Below, piece after piece: positions 1-13,249 of a DNA stretch of 64,000 bases. A program made the position numbers and the translations under genes. How positions within the stretch are numbered: the first letter of the stretch is position 1; every line of letters starts with the position of its first letter. The notes beneath the pieces were generated by a model that was given only the letters and a program-made list of their open reading frames with translations, had not been told where the DNA came from and did not search any database. This DNA is from Vicugna vicugna (taxonomy: Eukaryota), in assembly GCA_013265495.1 (NCBI GenBank), contig MU057560.1, forward strand, positions 3,410,909-3,474,908, written 5' to 3'.

Positions 1-1539
1 CAGTTTCCTTCTTTGTGTGTATCTGCAGAATGAGCCTAAATAAATTGCCGATTTGGGGTCCAGTTCAATAAATAACTAAGCAGGTGACAGGAAGGAATAC
101 CCCTAATTCATGAGCCCCCGGCTTTCGTCCAAGTTCTGAGCGTCACCTGCTGTGTAGTAAGTTTTTCATTTCCTGTTACTTTGTTCCATTAAAGAAACTC
201 CGAATATTACATTAACTCATTGTGACATTTTTTTAATGATAGAAGAAAACCTTTAGTAGAAAATAAAACCGTTTATTATAAACAAGGCTAGAACATCCTG
301 GGAAGAAAAGCTGAGGACTCAGTGAGAAAGTTGCTCTCAGAACACTCACAGACCTTCCCTGAGGGCGAAGCATATGCTGGAGACGTGGGAGGCGTGGACC
401 CAGGAGCGCGGGGTGCCTGTGTGCCTTACCGGGGCTCACCGAGGGGGTGGACCCGCAGAGGCACACACGATGGACGGTAAAGCACCGTGCTCAGAGGACG
501 GCGGGGAGCCCTCGGGGCTGCGCAGCTCAGGCTGTCCCTGTGTTGTCGTGTCCACACGATGGAAGAGTCTGCAGCTGAGACAGAGCCGTAAGAAGTCCAG
601 GGGTCTCCGGAGATGACTTTCAACCTTGACTGTGAGGAATACAACTGAGCAACTCAGGTGAAAAGGAGCTTGTAGGATATTATATCCACAAAGACCCCCC
701 CCAGGTGAGACAGAGTGACAGCATTGGGCAAACAGCCCTGAGCATTTTCACTTTGAGGCAATCAAGGTAAACACTGACACATGCTGAGGACAGGGTGTGC
801 GCAAAACCACCTGCTGTGATGGCTGAACATAGGGCGTAAATAATTAATGCAAACCGTGCAAGTAAGGAAAAGTGAATGGGGGGGAGTCCGCAGTGGAAGG
901 CAGAGCGTGGGACAACCAAGACCACGGCAGTCACTGGAACACTGGCACGAACGAGGCTTTGCTAAGAAATAAGCCAAAATGTCTGCTCAGCGAAGCGTCC
1001 CTGCCCCACGGTGCTCCAAGCCCCCACTCCGACGTGGGCTCAGCCCCCGACCCCCTGTGCCCCCACCGGGGGGTTTTACACAGGCACGCACAGACACGTC
1101 TTCTTTTCCATTTCTTTGCACATTTTGGCCCACTTCTGGCCCCTTCTTACTGCTCCGTCTCACAGCTGCAGCCTGTCCCATCGCGTGGCCACCATGCCGA
1201 CTTCTCTCCAAGGCAGGGACACAGGTTGTTGTCAACACTTTGCAGCTTCAGCGAGGCCACGGGTGCCTGGTGCACTTGCGTCTGTATGTGCAGACGTGTC
1301 TCCTAGAAAAGAAATTGCTGAATCCAAGCACAAACGCGTATGCAGAGTTGACGATCACTGCCGAGCATCCGAGGCTCTCCTCCAGCGGGCGGGGCCTGCA
1401 AGCCTCCGCGGTCACGTCTCGTCGGTCCTGCACGTGCGCTCGGATTCTGCCCAGTTTCTTGGGTGAGACGCGGCAGCCCACACAAACTTAACTCGCATTT
1501 CTCAAACCATGAGCGAGCTTGGACATCCTTCCGTGTCTT

Positions 1540-3510
1540 TCAATAACGTCTTTATTGAAATGCAGTCCATACGCTACAAAATCCACCCTTTCAAGTTACA
1601 CAGTTTGGGTGTGGCGTTTCGTCTGTTCTGAGCATTCACGCCAGGCCGCCCGCACCGCTGACCCAGGAGCCCTCACTCCCACCCCTTCCTCCTGCAGACC
1701 CCGGCCGCACTAACGCGCCTTCTGTCTCTGCAGTCACCTCTTCTGGGCGTCTAGCATGAACCGGCCCATACAACCTTTTGTGGTTTTGGACTTTGCGATC
1801 TTTTCCGTCAGGCCTCTCACTCGCATGTTCTTGCCCGTGCCGCCGTGGGCACGAGCACGTCCCTCCTTCACTGTGGGACAGTCGGCCCTTGTGCGGCTAC
1901 AGCGCACTGTTCCGGTCCGCTCATCGCTGGATGGACATGTGGGTCGTCTTCCATTTGAGATGTCATGAATGAAGCTTGCATGTGTTTGTGGACGTGCGTT
2001 TTCAAGTCTGAGCATGTACCTCGGAGGGGAATTGTTGGGTCGCTAGTAACTCTGTGTTTCCCATTTTTAGAAAATGCCAACCCTGAGCTGATCTCTGAAC
2101 TGACGGCACCATTCTATGTTCCCACAAGCAATTCCTCTGCGTCTGCCGGTGCGTGTTTCTGCCTCTTCGTCTCCGTCATCCTAGTGTTTTGATGTGAGTT
2201 CCCCTGATGCCCAGGGGTGCTGAGAAGCTGTTCACGTGCTCACGGGCTCTCTGTGCGCCACCTTCGGAGCGACGTCTGCCCAAGCCCTCCGCCCGTTTTT
2301 ATTAGAGGCTGTCGGTCTTTTCTTGTTCATTTGCAGCTCTCATCCCCATAATCTGGACACGATTTACCAGATCCTGCGTCAGATGTGTGCTTTGCAAGTA
2401 TGTCCTCCCGTCTTTTTACGTTCTTCAGATGAAGAACGGACTTTTAAAGTTGTGATGGAGTTCTGTTTTAGGGGCACAGACGCCAGCCCAGCTTCCTTTA
2501 CCTCACCTCTGTGCTGTGTGTGCCGCGTGTACACGCACGTGCGTGCGTCCTGGTGCCCGCCGGGTCGGATGCAGACGTCTGTCCTGTCCTCCTCCTCCTG
2601 GGTCCTCAGGTTTCGTGACCTCTGTCCCTTCTTCCTTCCTTTCGCTCTCAGTTACTAGATGAACCCTGGGGACAGGCCTTCCAGCCTGCTCACAGTCACG
2701 ACTCTCCCTCTCAGAGATCAGCACACTCAGGGGCAGGGGCTCCCCGTTGGCAATGATTGTTTTTCTGGGTTTTAAGGAAATGGAGTCTAAAGCAGACTTG
2801 AAGTAACCTGTTTGCTGTTCCCCCAGAGGTGCCGTGGACCTTCCCCCACAGCCCGAGGCTCCCCGCCTGCACTGGGGCTGCGGCAGAGGCGAGAGCAGCA
2901 CGGAGCACCCTGTGGAGTCCTGGTGGGCGCTGGTTTCGTGGGATGTCAGCCTGCACGTGGGCGGCACCTGCTCATCCTCGTGAGCAGCCCCTGACTGGCC
3001 GCGTGCTGCACAGGCTGCCAGGCTTTCCCTGGAGACATCCGACTGACGGCCGCAGTGTGAGAGTTGTTCCCTGCCCGGCTTCCATCTCTGCTAGCCTCTG
3101 TTCAAGAAGGGAGATGCAACCTGAGGCCCACGGATGTGGACGAAGGCTTCCTCAAGGGAAACGCCGCCACGCCCTTGCACCTGTGCATGAATCCTGTTAC
3201 TGAAACTCATGGCACAGGCGGCTCACTCCACAGTGGAGGCTCGGGAACGCTCAGCAAACACCGCAGATGGGAGCTCGCAGCAGGGCAGCCGGAAGGCTTT
3301 GTTTCTGCTTCCACTGGAATGACCACATGTTTTCTGTGCTGTGTTCAATCCCTGCAGTGAATCATGCGGATTGAGTTTGGGGGTTAAACCAACCTTGTGT
3401 TCTTGGAATAAATCCCTCTTAGACACTGTGTGTAATTATTTTTGTATATTGCTGGATGTGGTTTGCTAGCCTTTTTGAGAATGTATGCTTGCTTATTCAT
3501 CAGGTATAGT
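1540..3510 (-). mobile_element. Old LINE-1 (L1MB/L1MC-like) 3' UTR and ORF2 remnants, fragmented
   Basis: Antisense L1 3'-end phrases: ctttattgaaatgcag (~1550), ggatggacatgtgggtcgtcttccatt (~1930), ggaattgttgggtcgctagtaactctgtgtttc (~2030), and aaaccaaccttgtgttcttggaataaatcc (~3390). Heavily diverged. Confidence 0.7.
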
Positions 3511-3589
3511 GAGCTGCTAATATTTTTAAATAAACATGATATATCATTTTTTAAATTACAATAAAATGTTTAATATTTTTTAATTATAA

Positions 3590-4110
3590 GAAATTATCAG
3601 AGATTAATAGACACTTCATCAAAGAGGGAATACAAATAACCAATGAGCGTGTGAAAAGTCTGCAATTTCATAAGTAATCTCAGACATTAGATTAAAACAA
3701 CAACAGAGCATTATACATGTTTGTTAGGTCATCAGAAATGCGTAAATCAGTGTTGGCTAATGACTCTAGGTGGAGACAACCCTAGGTGTCCTGCTGAAAG
3801 TTTCAGTGTGTATTATAAGTGTTAAAAAATATTCTTATTTTTCATTAATAAATTATATAATAAAGATATAAATTGAATAGTGATAATGACTAAAAGTAAC
3901 AAATGATAAACACAAAGATTCATCTATCATGATATTCTGAAATATTGTATCTATTAGCAAAACATAATTTGAAACAGTGGGAGTTGGTTAAATATACTAT
4001 GGTTCATACAGTGTAACACCAGGCAGCCAACACAAATGATGCTGTAAAAGAATATTTCCTGGCCTGGAGTGTTATCCGCAGCACGCTGCTAGGAAGTCAT
4101 TGTTACAGCA
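3590..4110 (+). mobile_element. Old LINE-1 (L1ME-like) ORF2 end/3' fragment
   Basis: aatagacacttcatcaaagagggaatacaaataaccaatgagcgtgtgaaaag and ggttaaatatactatggttcatacagtgtaacaccaggcagcc resemble sense-strand L1 3' sequence. AT-rich. Confidence 0.6.
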
Positions 4111-4118
4111 GTGTGCCG

Positions 4119-4420
4119 TGGTACAGACTGGATGTGTCGCCCCGAAAGTCGTACGTGGGAGCCCTAATCCCCAGTGTGAGTGTGTCTGGAGAGCAGGTCT
4201 GTGAGCAGGTGATGAAGGTTAACGTCCGTGCAGGGGGAGAGACCCAGAGCCCCCGCCTCCACGTGAGGACACACTGAGAGGGGAGCGCTCTATCCAGCAG
4301 CCAGACTGCCCGGCACCTTGATCCTGGACGTCCGGCCTCCAGAACCGCGAGTCACAACTGTCTGCTGTCTGCAAGCCACCCAGTCTGCGGTGTCTGGTTC
4401 AGGCAGCCCAGGCCAGCCTG
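4119..4420 (+). mobile_element. MLT1A-like MaLR solo LTR
   Basis: Opens tggtacagactggatgtgtcgccccgaaagtcgtacgtgggagccctaatcccc. Contains ggcaccttgatcctggacgtccggcctccagaaccgcgag and aagccacccagtctgcggtg...gcagccc, which are hallmark MLT1A blocks. Confidence 0.8.
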
Positions 4421-4463
4421 TCGTGCGGTGCCAGCCCATTTTCCACTTTCCTGAAACGAAGTC

Positions 4464-4497
4464 TGTGTGTGTGTGTGTGTGTGTGCGTGCGCGTGCG
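4464..4497. repeat. (TG)n/(CG)-containing alternating purine-pyrimidine microsatellite
   Basis: About 11 TG units followed by CGTGCGCGTGCG, read directly. Confidence 0.9.
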
Positions 4498-4499
4498 AC

Positions 4500-4735
4500 G
4501 CTATATATGCACACACCCCCTGCCCCACACCTTCCTTCGTTCACCTGTCGATGGGTGGTTAGGTTGTTTCTGTGTCTCGGCTGCTGTAAATAGTGCTGCT
4601 GTGAACGCTGGGGTGCATGTGTCTCTTTGAATTAGTGCTTGGGTTTTGGGGGTTTTTTTTAGCTATATACCCAGGAGTGGAATTGCTGAGTCATTTGGTA
4701 GTTCTATTTTAAAATGTTGAGAAACCTCCGCATTA
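4500..4735 (-). mobile_element. LINE-1 3' fragment
   Basis: ttaggttgtttc...gtaaatagtgctgctgtgaacgctggggtgcatgtgtctctttgaattag...tatatacccaggagtggaattgctgagtca is typical antisense L1 ORF2 C-terminal sequence. Confidence 0.85.
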
Positions 4736-6283
4736 GAAGTTTATAGAAACTCAAACTCTTAAAATAGCTGATAAACAACTTTCACATAAAATCCATCTGT
4801 AAATTTGGAAGGATGATAACTGAAAAGAAACATACGAATACTGGGTTACAACCCCCCAGAAAAAGCCCACTGCTGAAAAGTTATGTTCCTTGATTTAAGG
4901 TAGCAACAACTAACTTTCACACTTGCACCTGTATTTAAACACACACACTTGCATTTTCTGTTGGTGCAAGACGTTAACGCACACCTTCAGGAGGAGCGGG
5001 TCCGGTGCCTGCCCCGAGCTCCAGGCGGCCCTCCCGGGGCACAGCTGCTGCGTGGATTCCTGGGTTCCTGTCACCGAGACCCACGTCCATGAAAAATCGT
5101 GTGTGTCCTTCAGGCTTAAGCTGACTTTTCAACGTACAGTCATGTTCCCATTTAAACAGCATTCTGATGAACTCATCTATAATTTTTTTAAGCAGAAGAA
5201 AGCAAATGATAACTGAATTTTCACTTCATATTCTTAGCCAGGAAGACCCTTCAAGCAGGCCCATCTTTTTTTTTCAGCATATTTCTGTAAACTGAAAGGT
5301 AGCCGTAGAGAAAGTAATGTCTGCAGTCAGCCAACTATTTTATGATGATTTCTATGTCATTTCAGTCATAACATTTGTGCAAAAATCACTGAAGCCGCGC
5401 AAACCAAATGCTTCTGAAGAATAAAGGCACATTTGCCAAAAAGTGAGGGAACTAATTAGAAATTCTTTATGTTGTGCTTTGCAAACCCTGAAAAGCCGAC
5501 GTATCACCTGTGGATCTTCTGGGGGCGCCCCATGCCCCCTCGGGACTGCATGTACATGCCATGTGGCCTCCTCTGGTGCTGAGCAGTCCAGCATCCGCTC
5601 CCCGTCAGGGGGTCACATCACCCCAGTTCATGCCGAAGTCTAGTGCTGACCCGGCCCTGGCCTCTGTCGGGGTTCTGCTGAGCCATCGTTTCTCTGGCGG
5701 AGGCTGGGGTGGCCCCGGTGGCCCCACCGGGGGACTGCACAGCAGGGCCCCCGGCTGCCTCCCCTCTGTCCTTGAGTTGGGAGCTGCTGCCTTCTTGCTG
5801 AGCTCCTGCTGACTCTGGGGCTGAACCACCGGCTTTCCATCCAGATCCCCTCTGCCTTACCCTGCCCTCCCTTCCAGTCCCCACAGCCTGAGCTCTCCGG
5901 TTCCAGAAGTCAGCCTTCACTTCAGCAGGAAGGTTCAGGGGATGCTTACCGACATGTGTCCCTGTCGGCCCAGCATTTATCTTGCTTGCTGGGGCTTTCC
6001 CAGTCAACAAGACAGCGGCATTACGTCCCGTCAAACGTTCACACCCGCGCGCTCGCACACGCCCGCCCAACGTGAGTTCACCAGGTGCACACACACTGGG
6101 CCACTGCAAGTCTCCACCAAGCACTTCACTGCGAATAAAGGAGCGTGTGGCCCATCTGACCGTCTCCGCACGTCTGCCAGTGGCCTTCGTCCCCTTCGTC
6201 TTCCTTGTGCAGGTGCTGTTCCATGCAGTAGCAGGTCACTGCAGCACGTTAGCACAAGTGGGACCTTCTTAAAGGTATGAAAG

Positions 6284-6492
6284 TGCTACTGAGTCCAAAC
6301 TCATTCTGCTTGCCACATGACAGACCAATAAACCAGGAGACAAGGTGTTGGGGAAGGAATAACAACTTCATTCAGAAAGTTAGCAGATCAAGAAGAGGGG
6401 GGACCAGTGTCCCATAGAACCATCTTCCCCAGGTCAGAACTCATGCTCGTTTTATACTAAAAAGGGAGGGGGTGGGTGGTTGCTGCAAACAA
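6284..6492 (-). mobile_element. Partial ERV1 LTR (artiodactyl MER41-like), 3' portion
   Basis: Begins tgctactgagtccaaactcattctgcttgccacatgacagaccaataaac. Includes agaaccatctt and ttttatactaaaaggggagggg (TATA-like GTATAAAA on the minus strand). Family assigned from recall. Confidence 0.7.
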
Positions 6493-8646
6493 CACGGGGA
6501 CCACATGCATCCCTGTGTCAGCCTCCTGGGAGCACAAATCACAGGCTCTTCGTGAGGCCTCACAGGACTCCCCAGAGCATCTGACACTTCGGCCTGCAAC
6601 GATTTTTAGTCACAGCATCCAAAATTCCCAATCCTAATTTAGTGGAAAGCTATCCAGTTGTCTCCATGCATCTTCAGAGGTTAAAACTAACAAAGTTCAT
6701 TTTATTTACATATACGTAGCAGAGAGCAGAACTGATTAAAAAAGAAGAAGAAGAAGAAAAAATGTGTATTTAAAATGTAGGATGAAGGCCAGGTCCAGAA
6801 CCAGGTCCGGAAAGAGCGCCGTCCCCTGCCCTCTGCTCCAGGGCATGCACGTTTGCTGTCCCTGCCCCCTGTGCACTGCGGACTGTGTCGGGGGCTGGCT
6901 GGCAGGCAGTTTTAGACCTTCATCCGGGGTCTTTCTCTCAGGGCTGCGCTTGTTTGCATACATCCTGCATTTACTTAGGTAGTCGCAACTCAAACAATGC
7001 CAGTTTTTTTGAAACAAAGTATTAGTTTTAAAGTTGGTTTAAAAAGAACACTTGCCACATTTATTGGGCAGTCATAAGTTAGTAAGATGAGGATTACCAA
7101 TTTAACAGGTTTCATTTCCCTTAATTTTCCTAAACAGCAGCGGGTGGCAGGGGGAAGAGGGGCTGCACATGCTGTAAGAGACACACAAGCCCCGTGGAGA
7201 GCAGAAACCCTGGGGGACAGGGTGGTGGCTGCCCAGCTGTCCCTGCAGGACACGCCCCCCGGGCACGGGCAGGGATTGAAGCAACGGTAGAGTTACTCAG
7301 AAACATTTCAATTGTGATCAGACTTGTCTTTTTCCTAAAGTAAGAAAACCAACCCAGTAATTTAAGATGATTTTTTAATCCCAGAAATACTAACACAAGA
7401 ATTTGATTACCCTTGAAGAGCGTTGCAACTGCTTGGGGGTTTTGGTCCCCAGAAACGCCTTATTCACGGATGATGGCGATCAGAGCATTGCTGTCCTTGG
7501 GTGAGCGTCCTCAGAGGAGGTGGCGGGAGTGTTCTGTTCAGAGCAAATCCTTCCAAGCCCACAAACCAATCACTCCTTTCAAATGCACTTGGTGACCATC
7601 ACGTAGGTTGTCACAAAGAAACACAAAATCTGTGAAGACTGGAAGATTTTGCATCTATTCACAGCCACATGCCCACAAGCCCCAAAATACCCACAGTATC
7701 AACTTGATTAAGAAGGCGGAGCAGAAGCAAAACAACTTTAAACAAAACCGTTTGACGCAGGAAGTCCCAGTTCGTTGAGCCTCTATTTAGAACCTGTGAC
7801 TGGGCCTCTGAGCCGAGGATCCGAGCTCTGAGCAGCGACACCGGCCAAAGTTAGACGGAGCAGCTGTTCCGGCCACGCTCCATTCATGGGAAACCACACG
7901 GGGGCTGACTGTCTCTGAATAGCTATGAGATCACTGTGGAGCGTGAATGAAGCAGCAAGACTGTGCAGTAGCCATGTTTTACATTTTGGAGAAATTTTTT
8001 GTTAAACTAGAAATTTCACTACACTCATTGTCAAGACAAAAGCTAGAAATAGCTTTTAGCAGACATTGAAAGCCTGGAAAACGAGGTACCACTTTATTTT
8101 TTATCCTTTTCACTTCTTGAAAGTTTTTGGAATATTTACACTTCATATATAAAGATACTTCGTATGTAAAGACAAGAAAATCTGGGTTTTCAAAACCCCA
8201 GTTTGGAACAGGACAAGGGGAGCATTTAGAGACAGAAGAGGGAAGCCGGACTCTGCTCACAGAAAACGACCGTGATGCGAGGAGCCGACGTCTCCGTCAG
8301 CCCGACTGTCGCGGTCATTTCGCCACGCGCATCAAGTCGCCGTGCTGTGCTCCTTCAATACACATGGTTTTCGCTTAAAAACTTGCAAATAAGCTTTCTT
8401 AAGCTAACGAAAAAGAAGATAGGGAAAGAGCGGGCTTCGTATCAGTCTACCCAAACGCTTCGTTTGCCTTAGTATTCAGAGTCATTTCTTAGATGAAACA
8501 ACTTTTCATCCAATAAGCACATTAGCCACAGAACAAACACAGTGAAATCATCTGCTTCTTACTGGGAATCCCGTGCAGCGGTGCTGAAAAGCTGGCCTGC
8601 TGGTGCAGCAGGGTCACATCAGCACGAGGCTGACGGTGGCGGCGTC

Positions 8647-9106
8647 AGTACTCGCCAGGGTTCTCTGGAGAAGCGGTCAATAGGATATATGTTTCCTACA
8701 CACACTCACGTGTGCATCTGTGTATGTACGTGTGTGCGTGAGCTCAGGGCTGGCTCACGTGACGTGGAGGCTGAGGGTCGCAAGGGCTGCAGCCTGAAGG
8801 CCCGAGAACCGGAGAGCTGATGGCGTCGGCGCTGGGCCAGGTCCGCCGGCAGCAGCAGCTCACGTCCCAGCCCGCACGCCGTCCGGCGGGGGCGGCGTCC
8901 CTCACTCCTCCTTTCCCTTCCGTCAGGCCCCCTGAGACTGGACGGCAACCCCCCCACGCTGTGGAGGGCAGCCTCCCCCACTCAGTCTGCTGACTGAAAT
9001 GCTAATCTCGTCCAGAAACATCTTCGCAGACACGCCCAGAACATCTGACCAAATATCTTGGCGCCCTGGAGCCCAGTCAACTTGGCGCATGACATGAACT
9101 ATCACA
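8647..9106 (-). mobile_element. MLT2-family ERVL solo LTR
   Basis: cagggttctctggagaagc...aataggatatat start, an internal TG/CA tract, and an end reading aatgctaatctcgtccagaaacatcttcgcagacac...cccagtcaacttggcgcatgacatgaactatcaca (antisense of the MLT2 tgtgatggtt... start). Confidence 0.85.
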
Positions 9107-10249
9107 ATCAAAATGTAAGTTAATACTTCTAACCCAAATCGGCGACAAATTATCTCCTGAGAGCTTCCAAGACTGCCCCGCTCCGCTCCCTCATCCAGCC
9201 TTTTGTCCTCCGCCAGCCTCGTTCTCTAGCACGCAGAGAGCCACAGAGATCGGTGGCAGGCGGCCCCGCACGGCAGCAGAGGCGCGGCGGGTCAGACCCC
9301 TCACCCAGAGCACCCCCGGGGGCACAGGCAGAGGGGCGGAAGGCGGGGAGCCGGGCGAGCCCGCCGTGGCTCTCTGGCTCCCCTGCAGCTGGTCAACTGC
9401 TCAGTCACAGTCTCCCCATCTCATGCTGGGGGCAGGCAGGTAAGATGACCGGTCTACTGTCTTTCTAATTGCAGCCTTGGAGCTGGAATCTTGCTGCCAA
9501 CACGGAAGGTCCCTTCCTCCCAGAGTGGACTTGACTGGCAAGGTCGTTCTTTACCCTGGAGAATCGGGACGCTCAAGCACCAGATGTCAGGAAATGCACC
9601 CGCCCCCCACCATGGGCTGTGAGTTCCTTGAGGGACAGACTCGGCTCGTCTTTGTCCGCCCAGGACGTGCACAGCTTCCTGGCGCGTGATGCACACATAC
9701 TGCATTTGTGTTGAATTACTCTATACGCCTTTGTCGTTGAGTCTTTTATATATTTAAGTATCTTAAAATAATTATCTAGTTTTTATTAAATACAAACTAA
9801 GTGCCATTTTTAAGAACATATATATTTTTTGTCTTTCTTTGTATCTACAAGAAAGCCATGAAGGAGACTTGAAAGGGTTACTCTGACTTAGAGAGACACG
9901 GGAAGCACTGCCGAGAGGAGGCTGAATCCACCCGGCTTTCACCCTCTTTACTTCACTAGACGCAAAAATCAGACTCCTGTGTTTAAAAACGCTCCTATGT
10001 GTTTGTGACTATGTTTGGCAAAAAACCCTAAAACTTAGTAAACATACCTGAAAATGGTGAAGATCCTTAGGATAATGCAAGTATTTATAAAATTATAATA
10101 TCTACACAAAGCAAAAGTCAGTGATGAGCCAGTCCATCTAAAATATATCTTTCCAAAATTGAGAAGTTGGTAGACTAATACTAAGAAATATTTTAAAATT
10201 TAAATTTTGAAATACGGGTTTTAGAGGGAAAGAGAAAAAATGGCATACT

Positions 10250-12160
10250 CTTGGGGTCTAATCCAATATGCAGAGAGTTTGGCATTTCCACTCTCACAAT
10301 AAAAAATTGAAAATTAACCACTTTGTAGATTCAATGTAGAACTGAGGTTGCTGGGCCAACAGCCACCTTGGAAACTGAAGAGACAGACAGGTGAAGACAG
10401 AGAATCACAGAACAGAAGCCCCTGGAGCCGGCAGCTGCGAGGAAGCCTTAAAGGGGGCTGAGTAGTTCCCGGAGATTAATCTGGACAAGCATGGGAGATT
10501 CAAGTCCCTTTGGGCCAACCCGTTGGAAGGCCCCAGCTTTTGTGAGTTTTACCTCCAGGAAGTCCTCCAGGTTCTCAGAATGAAGATCAGAGAAAACTCC
10601 CCTCAAGCTTTCGCCATGAGAGGGGAAAACGGCCGGTATGACATAAGCCTGGGGCTCTCTCCTGCACACGAGGCCTGCCTTCAAGGGAAACTGCTTTACC
10701 AGAGCCTCACCACCTGGAGGCTTGTCAGAGCCTGACCACCGGGAAAGGAAGACAGCCAGCGGCACTGGCTTCAGCCTTTCTGTGTCTCTCTGAGGGAGGC
10801 GTGGAGCAAGAAGCACGTGTTCAGGAAAAACCCCAGGGTGCAGTCTAACTGCAAGACCGAGACCTGGTCATGGGGTCTGGGGTGCATCCCTCCCTGCACC
10901 GCACCACCACACCCACGAGTCCCTTGAAAAACAGCAAGTTTCACAGCTGGAAGAGCCACATGTCTGACACTAAAAGACAAAAAGTGAGACAGACACAAGG
11001 ACACCGGAGGAAGCACTGACCTCTGACACCACAGCTACGGAAAACAGGACACGCAGCCTAACCCCAGCCAGACAAACACGAAAGCTTAGGCCAAGGGCTT
11101 GGTTACCTCAGTGGCTTTAACCCGGTACATCACGTCGGGCTTTCAACAAAAAGTGACAAGACCTGCGACAAGGCAATAAACACAGCCTGAAGGGACAAAG
11201 TAAGTGTCAGACCCGCAATTTCAGAATGATCAGACGTGAATGTGAGACGGTGATGCTAAACACGCCAAGATCCTAGTGGAAAAAATACACAATGTGTAAG
11301 AAAAGATGAATAATGTAAGCAGAGAAATGAAAACTCTAAGAAGGAATAGAAAGAAAATGCTAGAAATAAAAAAAAAACACTCTAACGGAGAGGAAGAGTG
11401 CCTTTGATGGGCTCATAGTAGTCTGGACACGGCCAAGGAACCAGTGAGCTCGAAGATGCATCAGCAGAAATATCTTGAACTAAAATGCAAAAAGAAAAAA
11501 AAAGAAAAAAGACAGAGCGTCCAAGAACTGTCACACCATTATAAAAGGTCTATAACATATGTGTGCTGGGGATGCTAGAGGGAGATGAGAGAGAAAAAGG
11601 AATAGAAAACAAACTGAAATAAAAATGCCTGCCTGAGAATTTTCCAAAAGTAATGACAGACACAAAACTGCAGATCCACAAAGCCCAGAGAACACCCACT
11701 AGGATAAATAACAGAAACTCTGCACCTAGCAGTCATATTTAAACTTCAGAAAACTAAAGACAGAGAGAGTCTTGAGGGCGTCCAGGGACGGGGGAAACTG
11801 CCTCACTAAGCTGGGAGCAAGGACAAGAATCATGTCAGATTTGTGTGAACAAACCGCACAAGCAAGAAGAGAAAGGCTTATGGTATTTAAAGTGTGGAAA
11901 GGAAATACTCCTGCCTAGAATTCTGCATCCAGCAAACTAATTCTTCAGAAGTGAAGGAAAATTAAGACTCTCTCAAACAGAAATTGATTTAAAGCCAGCA
12001 GATCTGCCCTGTGAGAAATACTGAAGAGGTTCTGCAGAGAGAAGGAGAATTGCACAGGCCTGAAGCTCTGAGCTACGTGAAGAAAGGGTGCTGTGGAAAG
12101 AATAAATGAAGGGAGCTTCCAGGCGGTGAATCTCTTCTGTGTGACACTGTGACGTTGATA
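10250..12160 (+). mobile_element. Old LINE-1 5' UTR + ORF1 remnant (L1M4/L1MC-type)
   Basis: A-rich ORF1-like tract: aatgtaagcagagaaatgaaaactctaagaaggaat, gagtgcctttgatgggctcat, gagaattttccaaaagtaatgacagacac, cctagaattctgcatccagcaaactaattcttcagaagtgaagg. No intact ORF. Confidence 0.85.
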
Positions 12161-12719
12161 CCAGATTCACACCAGATTTATCCAGCAAGCAGTTGCTGTC
12201 CCAGAAGACACTAATGTGGCTGCACATTCAGGAGAAGTAGCTCAGAGTCTGGCACTGTTCTGCCCATCCATACGCGTCTCTCACGTGTGTGTTTCTGTGT
12301 CTGCATTTGCACGTAGATGTGCAAACGCGTGCTGGACGCAGGCTCGGGGTCTTGGGTCAAGTGAACTGCGTGATATCTTAGAGTGATCTTTCTGGAGGGC
12401 AAAGAAAGGTGAAAAGCTTTGATTTTTATGACAATGTGAAAACCTTCATCTCTCTGCTGAGTTACAGTTGCATGTCTCTGCTGTAAAGGAACCAGCCAAG
12501 GGGTCTGGTTGAACATTTGGAGATTATTAGACTTTAGAAACTGAATTATAAATTTGGCCACATCATTTGTTGAGATGACAGATGGGGCTCAGAAACACAC
12601 ATCATTGCTCTCTGCATCGCACTACCACTATTTACTTTATGGGCTTCAGAAAGTGCTTTTAAGAGCATAAAGCCTGGATGCACTCACCAAAGGATCCAAG
12701 CGGCTTCATCTTCAAAATG

Positions 12720-12882
12720 TTTTTTGTTTTTTTGTTTGTTTGGGGTTTTTTGTTTTGTTTTGTTGTTTGTTTGGGGGGAGATAATTAGATATTCATTTAT
12801 TTGTAATGAGCGCAGTAGGGACTGAACCCATGACCTCATGCATGCTAAGCACACACTCTACCACTGAGCTATACCCTCTCCT
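12720..12882 (-). mobile_element. Camelid tRNA-derived SINE (Vic-1 type)
   Basis: The minus strand reads GGAGAGGGTATAGCTCAGTGGTAGAGTGTGTGCTTAGCATGCATGAGGTCATGGGTTCAGTCCC. It has Pol III box A (TAGCTCAGTGG) and box B (GGTTCAGTCCC), then AAATAAATGAATATCTAATTATCTCCCCCC and an A/C-rich tail. Confidence 0.9.
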
Positions 12883-13249
12883 CAGCCTTCAACGTTGAGT
12901 CAAGGGCGAGTAAAGATAAACGATCTCTCCGCATGGAACTGAGGCAAATCCAGGTTGGGGTTTTTTTCAGACTACACGGTGAACCCTCAGAGTGAAGGAA
13001 GGAAGAACCTGAAGCACAATGACTCTTCCAGAACAGTCCCTCCATCCCTGCAAACACTCACGGGCATCTCGAGAACATGCCCACAAGTACCTGCCCAACA
13101 GCAAAAATATTAGGCTGGGGGTCCCAAGTCCGAAGAAAGATCATGGACTCCTTCATCACAGTTGAGCTTTCAGATTAAACTGAAAGAAAGGCAGCAGTAG
13201 CCTCTGACCTCAGATTCACCTTACCTTCTTGCCACAGCATCAAGCTCTA

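Noticed and set aside
7886..7918. ATGGGAAACCACACG resembling the Golli-MBP N-terminus (MGNH..)
   Set aside because: It diverges after four codons and stops (MGNHTGADCL*). There is no matching exon structure.
12810..12882. tRNA gene
   Set aside because: The tRNA-like head is followed by a SINE body and A-rich tail, and the acceptor stem is degenerate. It is a SINE.
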